DNA from: Spirochaetia bacterium | GTDB lineage: Bacteria; Spirochaetota; Spirochaetia; Treponematales; Treponemataceae | Length of the DNA: 64,000 bases | Direction: 5' to 3' | NCBI GenBank assembly: GCA_900767955.1 | Contig: CAAGBC010000049.1 | Location: 14,992-78,991, forward strand | Part shown: in pieces, positions 41,539 through 51,077 of the stretch | How positions within the stretch are numbered: the stretch's first letter is position 1 | Layout: the number at the start of each line of letters is the position of its first letter | Made by a program: the position numbers and the translations under genes | Notes under the pieces: model-generated | The model's database searches: none | What the model saw: the letters and a program-made list of their open reading frames with translations, nothing else | Told to the model about the DNA's origin: nothing

Positions 41539-42522
41539 ATGGATTTACCTAACAAAAGACCTGATGATATGGCTAGAATTACAACCATTGAATTGGCTAA
41601 CAAATTTATTGATGAACAAGTTGAATTAGTTCGTGAACAAGTAAAAGACAAAAAAGTTTTGCTTGCTCTTTCTGGTGGAGTAGATAGTTCTGTTGTTGCT
41701 GCATTGTTGATTAAAGCAATCGGAAAGCAATTAGTTTGTGTTCATGTTAATCATGGATTAATGCGTAAAGGTGAAAGTGAACAAGTTATAGAAGTTTTTA
41801 AAAATCAACTTGATGCAAATTTGATTTATATTGATGCAACTGATAGATTTTTAGATTTGTTAAAAGATGTTGCTGAACCAGAAAAGAAGCGTAAAATTAT
41901 TGGTGGTGAATTTATCAAAGTATTTGATGAAGAAGCTAGCAAATTGGAAGGAATTTCTTTCTTGGCTCAAGGAACAATTTATCCTGATATTATCGAAAGT
42001 GATGGTGTAAAAGCTCATCATAATGTTGGTGGACTTCCTGAAGATATGCAGTTTGAACTTGTTGAACCTGTGCGTCTTCTTTATAAAGATGAAGTTCGTG
42101 TTGTTGGTGAAGCTCTTGGTTTGCCAAAAGCAATGGTTTATCGTCAGCCATTCCCAGGACCAGGACTTGGAGTTCGTTGTTTAGGTGCAATTACTCGTGA
42201 TAGATTAAACGCTCTTCGTGAAGCTGATGCAATTCTTCGTGAAGAATTTGATAATGCAGGACTTGCTGGTAAAGTTTGGCAGTATTTTATTTCTGTTCCA
42301 GATTTCAAGAGTGTAGGTGTTCGTGATGGAAAACGCTATGAAGGTTGGCCTGCAATTATTAGAGCTGTAAATACAACTGATGCAATGACTGCAACAATTG
42401 AAGAAATTCCATATTCATTGTTGAATAAAATTACAGCAAGAATTACATCTGAAGTAGAAGGAATTAACCGCGTTGTTTACGATTTGACTCCAAAGCCAAT
42501 CGGAACAATTGAATGGGAATAA
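41539..42522 (+). CDS. guaA: GMP synthase ATP-pyrophosphatase/dimerisation subunit (GuaA C-terminal half only, no GATase domain)
   Basis: PP-loop LALSGGVDSSV, HNVGGLPE and C-terminal ...GTIEWE. RBS taggag precedes ATG at 41539. About 330 aa, so the glutamine amidotransferase half is absent. Confidence 0.75.
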   Translation: MDLPNKRPDDMARITTIELANKFIDEQVELVREQVKDKKVLLALSGGVDSSVVAALLIKAIGKQLVCVHVNHGLMRKGESEQVIEVFKNQLDANLIYIDATDRFLDLLKDVAEPEKKRKIIGGEFIKVFDEEASKLEGISFLAQGTIYPDIIESDGVKAHHNVGGLPEDMQFELVEPVRLLYKDEVRVVGEALGLPKAMVYRQPFPGPGLGVRCLGAITRDRLNALREADAILREEFDNAGLAGKVWQYFISVPDFKSVGVRDGKRYEGWPAIIRAVNTTDAMTATIEEIPYSLLNKITARITSEVEGINRVVYDLTPKPIGTIEWE

Positions 42523-42587
42523 AAAATCATAGGTGGAAGTAAGTTTTTTACTTCTGCTTGTGTTTGATAATTTATTAAGATAAAAAA

Positions 42588-42615
42588 AACTGTCTGTTGC
42601 CAGACAGTTTTTTTG
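42588..42615. terminator. Bidirectional terminator between guaA-like and thrS
   Basis: aactgtctg-ttgc-cagacagtt is flanked by A8 and T7. Confidence 0.7.
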
Positions 42616-42629
42616 TTTATGGATGTTAA

Positions 42630-44387
42630 TTAGATTCCAACAAAGTGTGTATTTACTTTATCTTGTACATAGGCAACAAAATCTTCTAGTTTGAAAGTTT
42701 TTTGTTCCAAACCACTTGATTGTCTAAATCTAACTGAAACAGTTCCTTCTTCCATTTCTTTTTGACCTACAATCAAAATGTAAGGAGTTTTGTGTTCCTT
42801 TGTAATCATTTTGATTTTTGATTTCATATTGTCATCAGAAATGTATGCGTTTGAACGAATTCCTGCTGCAACTAAAGTGTCGTTTACTTTTTTTGCATAT
42901 TCGTCAAAGTCGTTTCCAACAGGAACAACAGCAGCTTGTTCAAAATGAAGCCATGTAGGTAATGCGCCTGCAAAGTTTTCAATAAGAATTCCAAGGAAGC
43001 GTTCAATTGAACCTAATGTTGCTCTGTGTAACATTACTGGGTGATGCTTTTGATTGTCAGCACCAATGTATTGAGCGTTTAAGCGTTCTGCACTTGGTAA
43101 TTGATAATCAACTTGGATAGTTCCGCACTGCCATCTTCTGCCTAAACAGTCTACCAATTGGAATTCTAGTTTTGGCCCGTAGAATGCGCCTTCACCAGGT
43201 TGAATTTCATATTCAAGACCTGCTGCTTTACAAGCTTCTGCTAAAGCGTTTTCAGCTCTATCCCAGTCTTCGTCTGTTCCAACTCTAAGTTCTGGGCGTG
43301 TGCTGAACATTACTTTAATATCTTTATCAAATCCAAAATCTTTGTAGATATCTTTTAAGAAATTACAGAATTTTGAAACTTCATCACAGATTTGGTCTTC
43401 TGTACAAACAATGTGTCCATCATCTTGAACAAAACCACGAACGCGCATAATTCCATGAAGTGTTCCACTAGGTTCGTTTCTTGCACAACTACCGAATTCA
43501 GCAAATCTGTATGGCAAATCTTTGTAAGAACGAAGTTTTGTGTTGAAAATTTCAAGGTGACCAGGACAGTTCATTGGTTTAATTGCAAAAAGTCGTTTTT
43601 CACTTTCTGTAACGAACATATTCTGTTGGTATTTTGCCCAGTGTCCAGAGCGTTCCCAAAGACTGCGTGGCATTATAGATGGTGTGTGTACTTCTAAATA
43701 TCCACCAGCTTTTTGTTTTTGACGGATATATTCTTGAATTGTTGTGTACAAAGTCCAACCATTTGCATGCCAGAAAACCTGACCTGGATCTTCTGGGTCA
43801 AGATGGAATAAATCCATTTCAACGCCAAGTTTTCTATGGTCTCTTTTTTCTGCTTCTTCAAGCAATTTTAAGTAATCTTTTAAATCGTTTGGTTTTGCAA
43901 AACAGTATGCATAAACACGAGTTAACATAGGTCGTTCTGCATCTCCACGCCAGTATGCACCAGCTACTTTTGCAATTTTAAAAGCTTGCCCATTAATTTC
44001 TTTTGTGCTTTCAACATGAGGTCCACGACATAAATCAATGTAACTGTCTTGTTGGTATGTTGTAATTGTTTCACCTTCAGGAAGGTCGTTAATTAATTCA
44101 ATTTTATATGGTTGATCTTTGAATAATTCCAAAGCGTCTTGTTTTGAAATTTCTTTGCGGATAAATTCGTGATTTCCTGAAAGAATTTTTCTCATTTCTT
44201 TTTCGACAGTGGTAAAATCGGTCTCTGAAAATTTAACATCTTTAGGAAAATCAAAATCGTAATAAAATCCATTATCAATTGCAGGACCTATTGCTATTTT
44301 TGTTCCAGGATATAAGTTTAAGATTGCTTCAGCCATAACATGAGCGCAACTATGACGGATTGTTTGAAGTCTTTCATCAATAGCCAT
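42630..44387 (-). CDS. thrS: Threonine--tRNA ligase (lacks the N-terminal TGS domain)
   Basis: Editing-domain HxxxH (SCAHVM), class II catalytic core and C-terminal anticodon-binding domain. 585 aa. Confidence 0.85.
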   Translation of the reverse strand: MAIDERLQTIRHSCAHVMAEAILNLYPGTKIAIGPAIDNGFYYDFDFPKDVKFSETDFTTVEKEMRKILSGNHEFIRKEISKQDALELFKDQPYKIELINDLPEGETITTYQQDSYIDLCRGPHVESTKEINGQAFKIAKVAGAYWRGDAERPMLTRVYAYCFAKPNDLKDYLKLLEEAEKRDHRKLGVEMDLFHLDPEDPGQVFWHANGWTLYTTIQEYIRQKQKAGGYLEVHTPSIMPRSLWERSGHWAKYQQNMFVTESEKRLFAIKPMNCPGHLEIFNTKLRSYKDLPYRFAEFGSCARNEPSGTLHGIMRVRGFVQDDGHIVCTEDQICDEVSKFCNFLKDIYKDFGFDKDIKVMFSTRPELRVGTDEDWDRAENALAEACKAAGLEYEIQPGEGAFYGPKLEFQLVDCLGRRWQCGTIQVDYQLPSAERLNAQYIGADNQKHHPVMLHRATLGSIERFLGILIENFAGALPTWLHFEQAAVVPVGNDFDEYAKKVNDTLVAAGIRSNAYISDDNMKSKIKMITKEHKTPYILIVGQKEMEEGTVSVRFRQSSGLEQKTFKLEDFVAYVQDKVNTHFVGI

Positions 44388-44510
44388 TTTTTGTTTACCA
44401 CCTTTGTTTAAAATATTTCTACCATAATAACATTGTAATTGTATTTAATCAATTATGTTTAGTTTTAGAGAAATTTTATTTTGTTGTATAATAAGGAATA
44501 AAATAAAGTT

Positions 44511-45119
44511 TTATTTTTGAACTAATTTTATTTGACCGTAGCCTTTGATTTTACTGTTACTTTTATCGTAGCTTCTTTGAGAAACACCTTTTCCGTCTGT
44601 TGCATCTATGAAGTAAATTGTGCTACCAACTTTTTTTTCAAATATTCCAATGTGACTAATTTTTGAGGAATTTGTTTCACCTAAAAAAATCATATCACCA
44701 GGTTGTGGTGTATCTGTGTGGATAGAAAATGTAGAATGTAAATTTGCAGCAGTTGTATCATTAAATGGTAGTTTGTATTTTGTGTTTTCGACAGCATATT
44801 TGTAACAATTGATAACCATGCCAGAACAATCAACTTTTAAAACTCTAGGAATTGGGTCTTGTCCACCATAAACATATTTTGTGTCTTCTTGGCAATACCA
44901 TTTTGCATATTCAAGAGCTTTGCTGCGTATATAATCAATTGAATCAGAATCTGGAGTAACAGTTGGCTTTGGTGTATTGTTTGGTTCGTATGAAGGGGAT
45001 GATGAGGAACTTGAACCTGTTGTTGTATAAATGTAATCTATGTATTCAAAAAATTCGATTAATTCGCATGATGTAAATGAGAAAAGAATTATTAAACATA
45101 GTATTATTTTTCGTAGCAT
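44511..45119 (-). CDS. NlpC/P60-family (C40) peptidase lipoprotein
   Basis: Lipobox FTSC. Catalytic Cys in DCSGMV and a downstream His in SHIGIF. Confidence 0.55.
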   Translation of the reverse strand: MLRKIILCLIILFSFTSCELIEFFEYIDYIYTTTGSSSSSSPSYEPNNTPKPTVTPDSDSIDYIRSKALEYAKWYCQEDTKYVYGGQDPIPRVLKVDCSGMVINCYKYAVENTKYKLPFNDTTAANLHSTFSIHTDTPQPGDMIFLGETNSSKISHIGIFEKKVGSTIYFIDATDGKGVSQRSYDKSNSKIKGYGQIKLVQK

Positions 45120-45192
45120 AATTATATTTTATAGTAGGATGTGTGTTTTTACCATTTAAATATTGTAAATAAAACAAAATATTAAATAAAAC

Positions 45193-45221
45193 TTGACTTT
45201 TGCAATTCTTAATCGTATATT
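45193..45221 (+). promoter_or_regulatory. Sigma-70 promoter for tmRNA
   Basis: ttgact (45193-45198), 17-nt spacer, tatatt (45216-21). About 24 nt upstream of the mature tmRNA 5' end. Confidence 0.6.
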
Positions 45222-45244
45222 GAAAGTGTACGAACTTTATTTAA

Positions 45245-45613
45245 GGGGATGTACAGGTTTCGACGGTTGTGGGAACCCCTGTGCTGCAGGTGAGTGTGAA
45301 GGTGCTCTGAACTGACAAAAAAATAACTGCAAAACGTAAAGAAGACGAAATGTCTGAAAACGAACAGTTCGCTCTTGCTGCGTAAGTAGCTGAGCCAGAA
45401 CTCTTGCTATGCTGTTCCGAAGAGTAGGAAGTTCTGACGCCAACCGGGACTTGGTGTATATTGTTTCTAGCCAATATATACGACATTTAGTTAGAATACG
45501 GAAGAGACGCTTGTAATGCTGCTACCTGTTCCCGACAATTACCTCGCATTACTAAACTTGTAGATGTACTTGGATTACACTTTCGGACGGGAGTTCGATT
45601 CTCCCCATCTCCA
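45245..45613 (+). ncRNA. ssrA: tmRNA (SsrA)
   Basis: 5' ggggatgtacaggtttcgacgg. 3' tRNA-like domain ggacgggagttcgattctccc with acceptor strand catctcc+a. Internal tag reading frame ends ...gaaaacgaacagttcgctcttgctgcgtaa, giving tag ...ENEQFALAA*. Confidence 0.9.
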
Positions 45614-45704
45614 AAAACTTGTCTTTGTCTGGTTATTGAAGATTTAAGACAAGTTTTTTTTTATTAACATTGAAATTACTATTTAGAAATAGTAAATTAT
45701 AATT

Positions 45705-46664
45705 ATGATAAAAGCTGAAATTACTGATAAAGAATTAGTTAAACATCTTGATTCTATACAAAAAGATGATATGTCAATTTTTGTTATGGCTGATGGGCGC
45801 ATTCGTGGTGCTTTATTCAATGGAACTCATTTTGTTAATCAAATGAAAGTTCAACAAAATTTAGGTATTTTGGAAACTATGATTTTGGGACAAGCAGCCT
45901 TGTGTGGTGCTTTGATGATTCCGATGATGAAAGGTAAAGAACATTCTGTTTGGAAATATAATGTTGATGGTCCTGCAGCTGGTTTTTCAATTGAAGCAGA
46001 TTCTTCTGGATATGTTAGAGGTTTTTTGTTAAATAATAATATTCCTATTGAAAAACCTTTAGAAAATTGGGATTTGCGTTCATTCCTTGGAACAGGAACA
46101 ATGACAATTTCTCGTGTTCACGATAATGACAAAATTCCACAAGCTAGCACTGTTGAAGTTAATTCAAAAAATATTGCAGAAGACTTAGCATGGTATTATA
46201 GACAGTCTGAACAATTACAAACTGCATTTAATACAAGTATTCAGCTTGATAAACAGGGTAGGGTAATTGGTGCTGGTGCAATGTTCCTTCAGGTAATGCC
46301 AAAAACAGGAGGAACTGAAAAACTTGGTTCTCAAGTTGATAGTGCATCTGATGTTGATGAAAATGAAGAATTATTGAGAAGTGTTGAAAATGCTTTTTCT
46401 GCTGCACCATCATTAGGCCAATGGTTTAGTGAAGATGGAAAAATAGACGATATTGTTTATGGTTTGTTTAGAGAATTTAATCCTTCAATTGTGCTTCATC
46501 GTGATATAGTATTTGATTGTCCTTGTTCACAAGAATATTTTACTAAATATTTACACTCTTTGCCAAAAGAGCAATTAGAAGAAATAAAAAAAGATTCAAA
46601 ACCTATTGAAATTTCTTGTAGAAATTGTGGAAGTATTTATTCAATTCCATTTGAAGATATTTAG
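45705..46664 (+). CDS. hslO: Redox-regulated chaperone Hsp33
   Basis: C-terminal zinc centre CPCS ... CRNCGS. About 320 aa Hsp33 fold. Confidence 0.8.
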   Translation: MIKAEITDKELVKHLDSIQKDDMSIFVMADGRIRGALFNGTHFVNQMKVQQNLGILETMILGQAALCGALMIPMMKGKEHSVWKYNVDGPAAGFSIEADSSGYVRGFLLNNNIPIEKPLENWDLRSFLGTGTMTISRVHDNDKIPQASTVEVNSKNIAEDLAWYYRQSEQLQTAFNTSIQLDKQGRVIGAGAMFLQVMPKTGGTEKLGSQVDSASDVDENEELLRSVENAFSAAPSLGQWFSEDGKIDDIVYGLFREFNPSIVLHRDIVFDCPCSQEYFTKYLHSLPKEQLEEIKKDSKPIEISCRNCGSIYSIPFEDI

Positions 46665-46671
46665 TTAAAAA

Positions 46672-46700
46672 AAATAAGCTGTCGTAAGACAGCTTATTTT
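46672..46700. terminator. Bidirectional terminator between hslO and the anti-sigma gene
   Basis: ataagctgtc-gtaa-gacagcttat is flanked by A8 and T8. Confidence 0.7.
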
Positions 46701-46709
46701 TTTTAACAA

Positions 46710-47243
46710 TTAGTGTTGTTTTTGTTGAAATCTCTTCAACATTGCAACTGCATTGCGTTTACCATTGTAAACAAATCCACCGTTCCAATATTCAAGAGCA
46801 GCAAACAAAGCGTTTCCACCGTCTTGTGCATCTGATTCTTTTGTTCGGAAAGAAACATAGTCAGCAAGCTGTTCGTAATTTTGTTCATGTAAACATGCTA
46901 AGCGTTTACTGTTGAATTCGTTCCATTTTTCTAGATCTTTAAAACCTTCACCTTCGTCTTGAACAATAACATGTGCGTGAGTAGGGCTAAAAGAATACCA
47001 AACTGTAACTTTTTTGTTAATATCACAATGGTTACCGTGTTTTACAGCATTCTTAATTACTTCACTAATCTGCTGTTCTAGAAGATTTAGTTCTTTAATT
47101 TCTGATGGTGCAGATTGAACAATTAATAATGTAAAATATCTAATCTGTCTGAAATCAGAAGGAAATTCCTTTTTAAGCATGTTTGTTTTATCAAATAATG
47201 GGTCGTTATCATCTGAACGTAATTCTTTTATCTGTTGGTCCAT
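46710..47243 (-). CDS. Anti-sigma factor/serine kinase (RsbW/SpoIIAB-like HATPase)
   Basis: GHKL-type motifs (EVIKNAVKHGN; DEGEGF). Adjacent to a STAS gene. Confidence 0.6.
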   Translation of the reverse strand: MDQQIKELRSDDNDPLFDKTNMLKKEFPSDFRQIRYFTLLIVQSAPSEIKELNLLEQQISEVIKNAVKHGNHCDINKKVTVWYSFSPTHAHVIVQDEGEGFKDLEKWNEFNSKRLACLHEQNYEQLADYVSFRTKESDAQDGGNALFAALEYWNGGFVYNGKRNAVAMLKRFQQKQH

Positions 47244-47297
47244 AAATTCTCCTTTCTGAAAATGAGATTAATAAATAAAGCTATTATTTTTTAATAA

Positions 47298-47636
47298 TTA
47301 TTCTTTTACCATTAATAATGCTTCATCTACACTATTTGCAATTGGGAAATATCCCATAAGTTTTGTAAGTTCGATAACTTTTTTTACAGAACCGTGGATG
47401 TTTGAAATTGCAAGTTTTAAATTCATCTTTTTAATTGTAGAACAGATGTAAATAAGAGCACCGATTCCTGATGAGTCAATGTAATCTACTTGTTCAAGAT
47501 TAATAACGAAAAGTTTTACATTCTTTTCAATCATTTTCATTACAAGTTCTTTAAGTTTGTACGAATTGTATAGATCCATTTCGCCGTTTACGTCAATAAT
47601 GTAAACTTCTCCATTTTTTCGTATTTTAAGTTCCAT
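47298..47636 (-). CDS. STAS-domain anti-sigma-factor antagonist
   Basis: 112 aa. DYIDSSGIGALI contains the conserved phosphorylatable serine region. Confidence 0.75.
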   Translation of the reverse strand: MELKIRKNGEVYIIDVNGEMDLYNSYKLKELVMKMIEKNVKLFVINLEQVDYIDSSGIGALIYICSTIKKMNLKLAISNIHGSVKKVIELTKLMGYFPIANSVDEALLMVKE

Positions 47637-47648
47637 ACTGAAAGCTCC

Positions 47649-49322
47649 TTATCCTTGTATTTTAACTACCAAAAGACTTTGGTCATCATATTGCTGTGTA
47701 CTTCCACAGAAGTTTTTAATATTATCTTTTACTTTGTTAGCAATGTCTTTACCTGATAGTTTACAATTTTCTTTAATTACCTTTGATAGGTTATCAAGTG
47801 AATATTGTACACCACTTTCGTTAAGACATTCAAGTAATCCATCTGTACAAGTAATAATAATATCACCTGTTTCAAGATTTAAGTTAATATCTTTATACTG
47901 TGTTGCTTTATCAACGCCAATTGGCTCGCTTTCTACAGAAATACATTTTACTGTATTATCTTTTGCAGAATACAAGAGAACTGGATTGATTCCACAAGTA
48001 GCAATCTGTGCTGTGTTATCAATGCTGTTGTAATTAATTAAGGCAACGCTAGCAAAATGATCCATGCTATTTTTTTCTGAACAAATTGCTCTATTTACCC
48101 ATTCAAGTAATGTAGATGCACTTTGATTTGTGTTTGCAATAAGACGAATCATTGCGCGTACCATAATCATGATTGTAAGAGATACCATTCCTTTTCCTGC
48201 AATGTCAGACATTACAAAAGAAATTCTATCTTTTCTTGAAGGAATAATATCGTAGTAATCACCACATACATTTTCTGCTGGTTCAAAATATTTACCAATT
48301 GATAATTTGTTTATAACTGGCATTTTTTCTGGTAACATTGTTTTTTGGAATTTAGTTGCAATATCACCTTCTTTTGTAAGTTCAGTGTGTTCTGCGTATG
48401 CAAGGAAGCTATTTAGTGGTTGCATTGCAATTGTTGCAGCGTTTGTAAGTGTACATGCTGTTTCAAATTCGCTATCAGAGAATGGCTGTGCACCTGGTTT
48501 TCTTGCCAAGCCTACAACACCAATTGTTTCTGAATCTCTTTTAAGAGGAATGAACGCATAAGGTCCTGGAATAAGGAATTCTTCTGGGCCATTTTTAACA
48601 ATTCTATTGTCTTTTGCTGGGTTTTTAATATTAGTAGCTTTTCCATCGTTTACAATTGAACCAAAAATATTTCCAATTAAAGGGAATTGTGCAAACTTAA
48701 AGTTTGTTTCTACACGAATTGGCTTATGAGGTAAATCTTCTGGCAATTTGTAAGGAGGAGGGAATGAACCAGTTAATGATTTTACTGCAAGAATGTTGTC
48801 AAATTCATCAAGAAGAAGAATTGCACATCCATCTGCGTTAGTTTTTTCTGCAATAAGTTTGTTGAAATATCCAAGGAATGCACCTTGAGCATCTTCATTA
48901 TTGAAGAAAGTTGACACTTTTGTTGTCATTTCGTTGTTTGCAGCAAGAATGGATTTATATCTTTCTTCGATTTCTTCTTTTATTTCTGCAACTTCAACAT
49001 TGTTTTGAGTTTCTTCTTCTGAATGTTTTTTATTCTTCTTTTTATCACTCTTTTGAGGGTCTCCAGAAGCGATAACAATTACATAAGGAAGAAGTAATAT
49101 TTCTGCTAATGCAACTGCTACAAGAGGGTATATAATATGTTGGTTAAAATATGTATACACCAATCCTGCTATTAAAATTCCTATTACAGGAAAAAGAATA
49201 AGACTTGTTTTAGATGTTGCTCTTATTTTTGAAATTAAAAGGAAGATAAATAATAAAACTCCCGCGCCTAATGCCACATAAAGTGGTATGTTTACAAATG
49301 AATCAATTAAATTCAAGTTCAT
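47649..49322 (-). CDS. PP2C-type (SpoIIE/RsbU-like) serine phosphatase with N-terminal membrane and sensor region
   Basis: N-terminal TM helices. C-terminal SpoIIE-like MSDIAGKGMVS ... DGLLE. Confidence 0.7.
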   Translation of the reverse strand: MNLNLIDSFVNIPLYVALGAGVLLFIFLLISKIRATSKTSLILFPVIGILIAGLVYTYFNQHIIYPLVAVALAEILLLPYVIVIASGDPQKSDKKKNKKHSEEETQNNVEVAEIKEEIEERYKSILAANNEMTTKVSTFFNNEDAQGAFLGYFNKLIAEKTNADGCAILLLDEFDNILAVKSLTGSFPPPYKLPEDLPHKPIRVETNFKFAQFPLIGNIFGSIVNDGKATNIKNPAKDNRIVKNGPEEFLIPGPYAFIPLKRDSETIGVVGLARKPGAQPFSDSEFETACTLTNAATIAMQPLNSFLAYAEHTELTKEGDIATKFQKTMLPEKMPVINKLSIGKYFEPAENVCGDYYDIIPSRKDRISFVMSDIAGKGMVSLTIMIMVRAMIRLIANTNQSASTLLEWVNRAICSEKNSMDHFASVALINYNSIDNTAQIATCGINPVLLYSAKDNTVKCISVESEPIGVDKATQYKDINLNLETGDIIITCTDGLLECLNESGVQYSLDNLSKVIKENCKLSGKDIANKVKDNIKNFCGSTQQYDDQSLLVVKIQG

Positions 49323-49425
49323 ACTCCTAGTGCAATTGTTATTATGCGAATAATTCTAACATTGAAATATTCAGCCGTCAAGTTTTTTGCATTCTTTAAA
49401 TTATCTGTCGTTTTTTATTAATTTA

Positions 49426-50328
49426 TTACCGATTTTTTTTTAATAAATATTTTTTAAACGCATTTTTAATTTTTGTAGGTAATGAAATTTTGTATTCATT
49501 TGTAATGTCAAACACTGCGTCTTCTAACGAATAATTATCTCCGAATTTTCTTTTTAATTCATCAAAATATTTTATAATCCAAACATATAAATCGCTTTTT
49601 GTTCGGTGTTTGAAATATTTCATGATTTTATATTTATCTATTGTGTGAATAACAGGCAAGTAAACTGTGTTAAACCATGAAGTTATAGCATCTTCTATAG
49701 ATATTTCTTTTTCTTGATTTTGGTTGATAAAATATTTGTGTGTAAGAATATGATTGTATATAACATCATATTGCCCTGTTGTGGAAAAATCTAAACACCA
49801 ATAATCAGTTATATCTCCAAAACTTGTTTCAAAGTAGAAATTGCGTTTTTCATAACTAATAATTTCTTTTATCATTCCTGTAAGTGAACGGACAGGGGGA
49901 AGTCGTATTTCACTTTGAAGAGAAACAACTTCTGCATCGATAAATTCTACACCTTTTGATTTTGCAACAGAAACTCTATGATTTCCATCTCTGACAAAAT
50001 ATAAGCCACCAAGTTCGTATACTTTTATTGGAGGAAGAATAATATCTTTTATTACAGCTTCATCTACATGTTCCCAGCGTTCCTTTATAAATGTGTTTTT
50101 AGGAAAGAATTGATTATCAAAATCTTTGTATCTTCCTTCACTGCCTACTATTTTTTCAATTGGAATAACTTGCATTCCAAGGTATGTTTGGTTTTGAGGT
50201 TTTAATAATTCCTTAATATCTCTGAAAGAAATCATTGCTGCTTCTTCAGGTTTTAGAAAGTGTTGAATTTCATTGAATAAAGCTTTGTTTCTTGCTTTTG
50301 CAAAATCACTTTCTGTTTCAGATAACAT
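49426..50328 (-). CDS. ParB/Srx-like nuclease-domain protein
   Basis: GGLYFVRDGNHRVSVAK resembles the ParB N-terminal DGHHR-type motif. Confidence 0.45.
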   Translation of the reverse strand: MLSETESDFAKARNKALFNEIQHFLKPEEAAMISFRDIKELLKPQNQTYLGMQVIPIEKIVGSEGRYKDFDNQFFPKNTFIKERWEHVDEAVIKDIILPPIKVYELGGLYFVRDGNHRVSVAKSKGVEFIDAEVVSLQSEIRLPPVRSLTGMIKEIISYEKRNFYFETSFGDITDYWCLDFSTTGQYDVIYNHILTHKYFINQNQEKEISIEDAITSWFNTVYLPVIHTIDKYKIMKYFKHRTKSDLYVWIIKYFDELKRKFGDNYSLEDAVFDITNEYKISLPTKIKNAFKKYLLKKNR

Positions 50329-50333
50329 TTTTT

Positions 50334-51077
50334 TTACTCCTTTTTTTCATTATATGTTTTTTGTGTTTCTTCATAGTCAATAATACAGTGTGCATATGCG
50401 TTTACAACTGTTGTATCTTCATATTGAGAAATCCTTATTTCACGCTGGTCATACAAATGAATATGTCCATGAACCATATATGTTGGTGCGAATTTTTTTA
50501 CAAACCAATTGAAAGATTTAAATCCTATATGACATGGGTCATCATGGTCATGAACTTTGTAAGGTGTTGCGTGTGTTAAAAAAATATCAAGATACCTTCC
50601 ATAAAAAAGTTTATTTAATAACAATTTTGGAATCATCAACATTAATCTAAGTTTCATTTGATTGTCGGTATATTGATTTAGTCCATTGTTATATTTTATT
50701 GAACCAGAAATTCCTGCGATTAATAATGGTGATTTTTTATTTTTATAAGTAATGGGTGCGTTTTTATTTTTTAATACTTTAAAACCTGCGTAGATTGCAC
50801 CATGATTGCATGAATTGTCTAGTGAATTTATAGAAAAAGATGGTTCAAGTGAAAATGGTGTGCGATTTTTAAAACCATGGTAGTATTTGAATTCTTTTAG
50901 ATTGTGGTTTCCAAAAACAAAGTATGTTGGTTTGTTAAAAACAGAAACGATAAATTCTATGTAATCCATTGGCAAATCTCCTGCACATAGAATTAAATCT
51001 ATGTCAGGAAAATTTTTTTTTGCGTTATTATTATAAATTAATGGGTCAATTTGGTCTGACACACACAGGATTTTCAT
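50334..51077 (-). CDS. Calcineurin-like metallophosphoesterase
   Basis: Motifs SDQID, GDL, GNHN and GHIH. Overlaps the upstream gene by 4 bp (ATGA). Confidence 0.7.
   Translation of the reverse strand: MKILCVSDQIDPLIYNNNAKKNFPDIDLILCAGDLPMDYIEFIVSVFNKPTYFVFGNHNLKEFKYYHGFKNRTPFSLEPSFSINSLDNSCNHGAIYAGFKVLKNKNAPITYKNKKSPLLIAGISGSIKYNNGLNQYTDNQMKLRLMLMIPKLLLNKLFYGRYLDIFLTHATPYKVHDHDDPCHIGFKSFNWFVKKFAPTYMVHGHIHLYDQREIRISQYEDTTVVNAYAHCIIDYEETQKTYNEKKE

Noticed and set aside
45237-45486. Two minus-strand ORFs (68 and 81 aa)
   Set aside because: They entirely overlap the tmRNA gene, which has canonical ends and a tag ORF.
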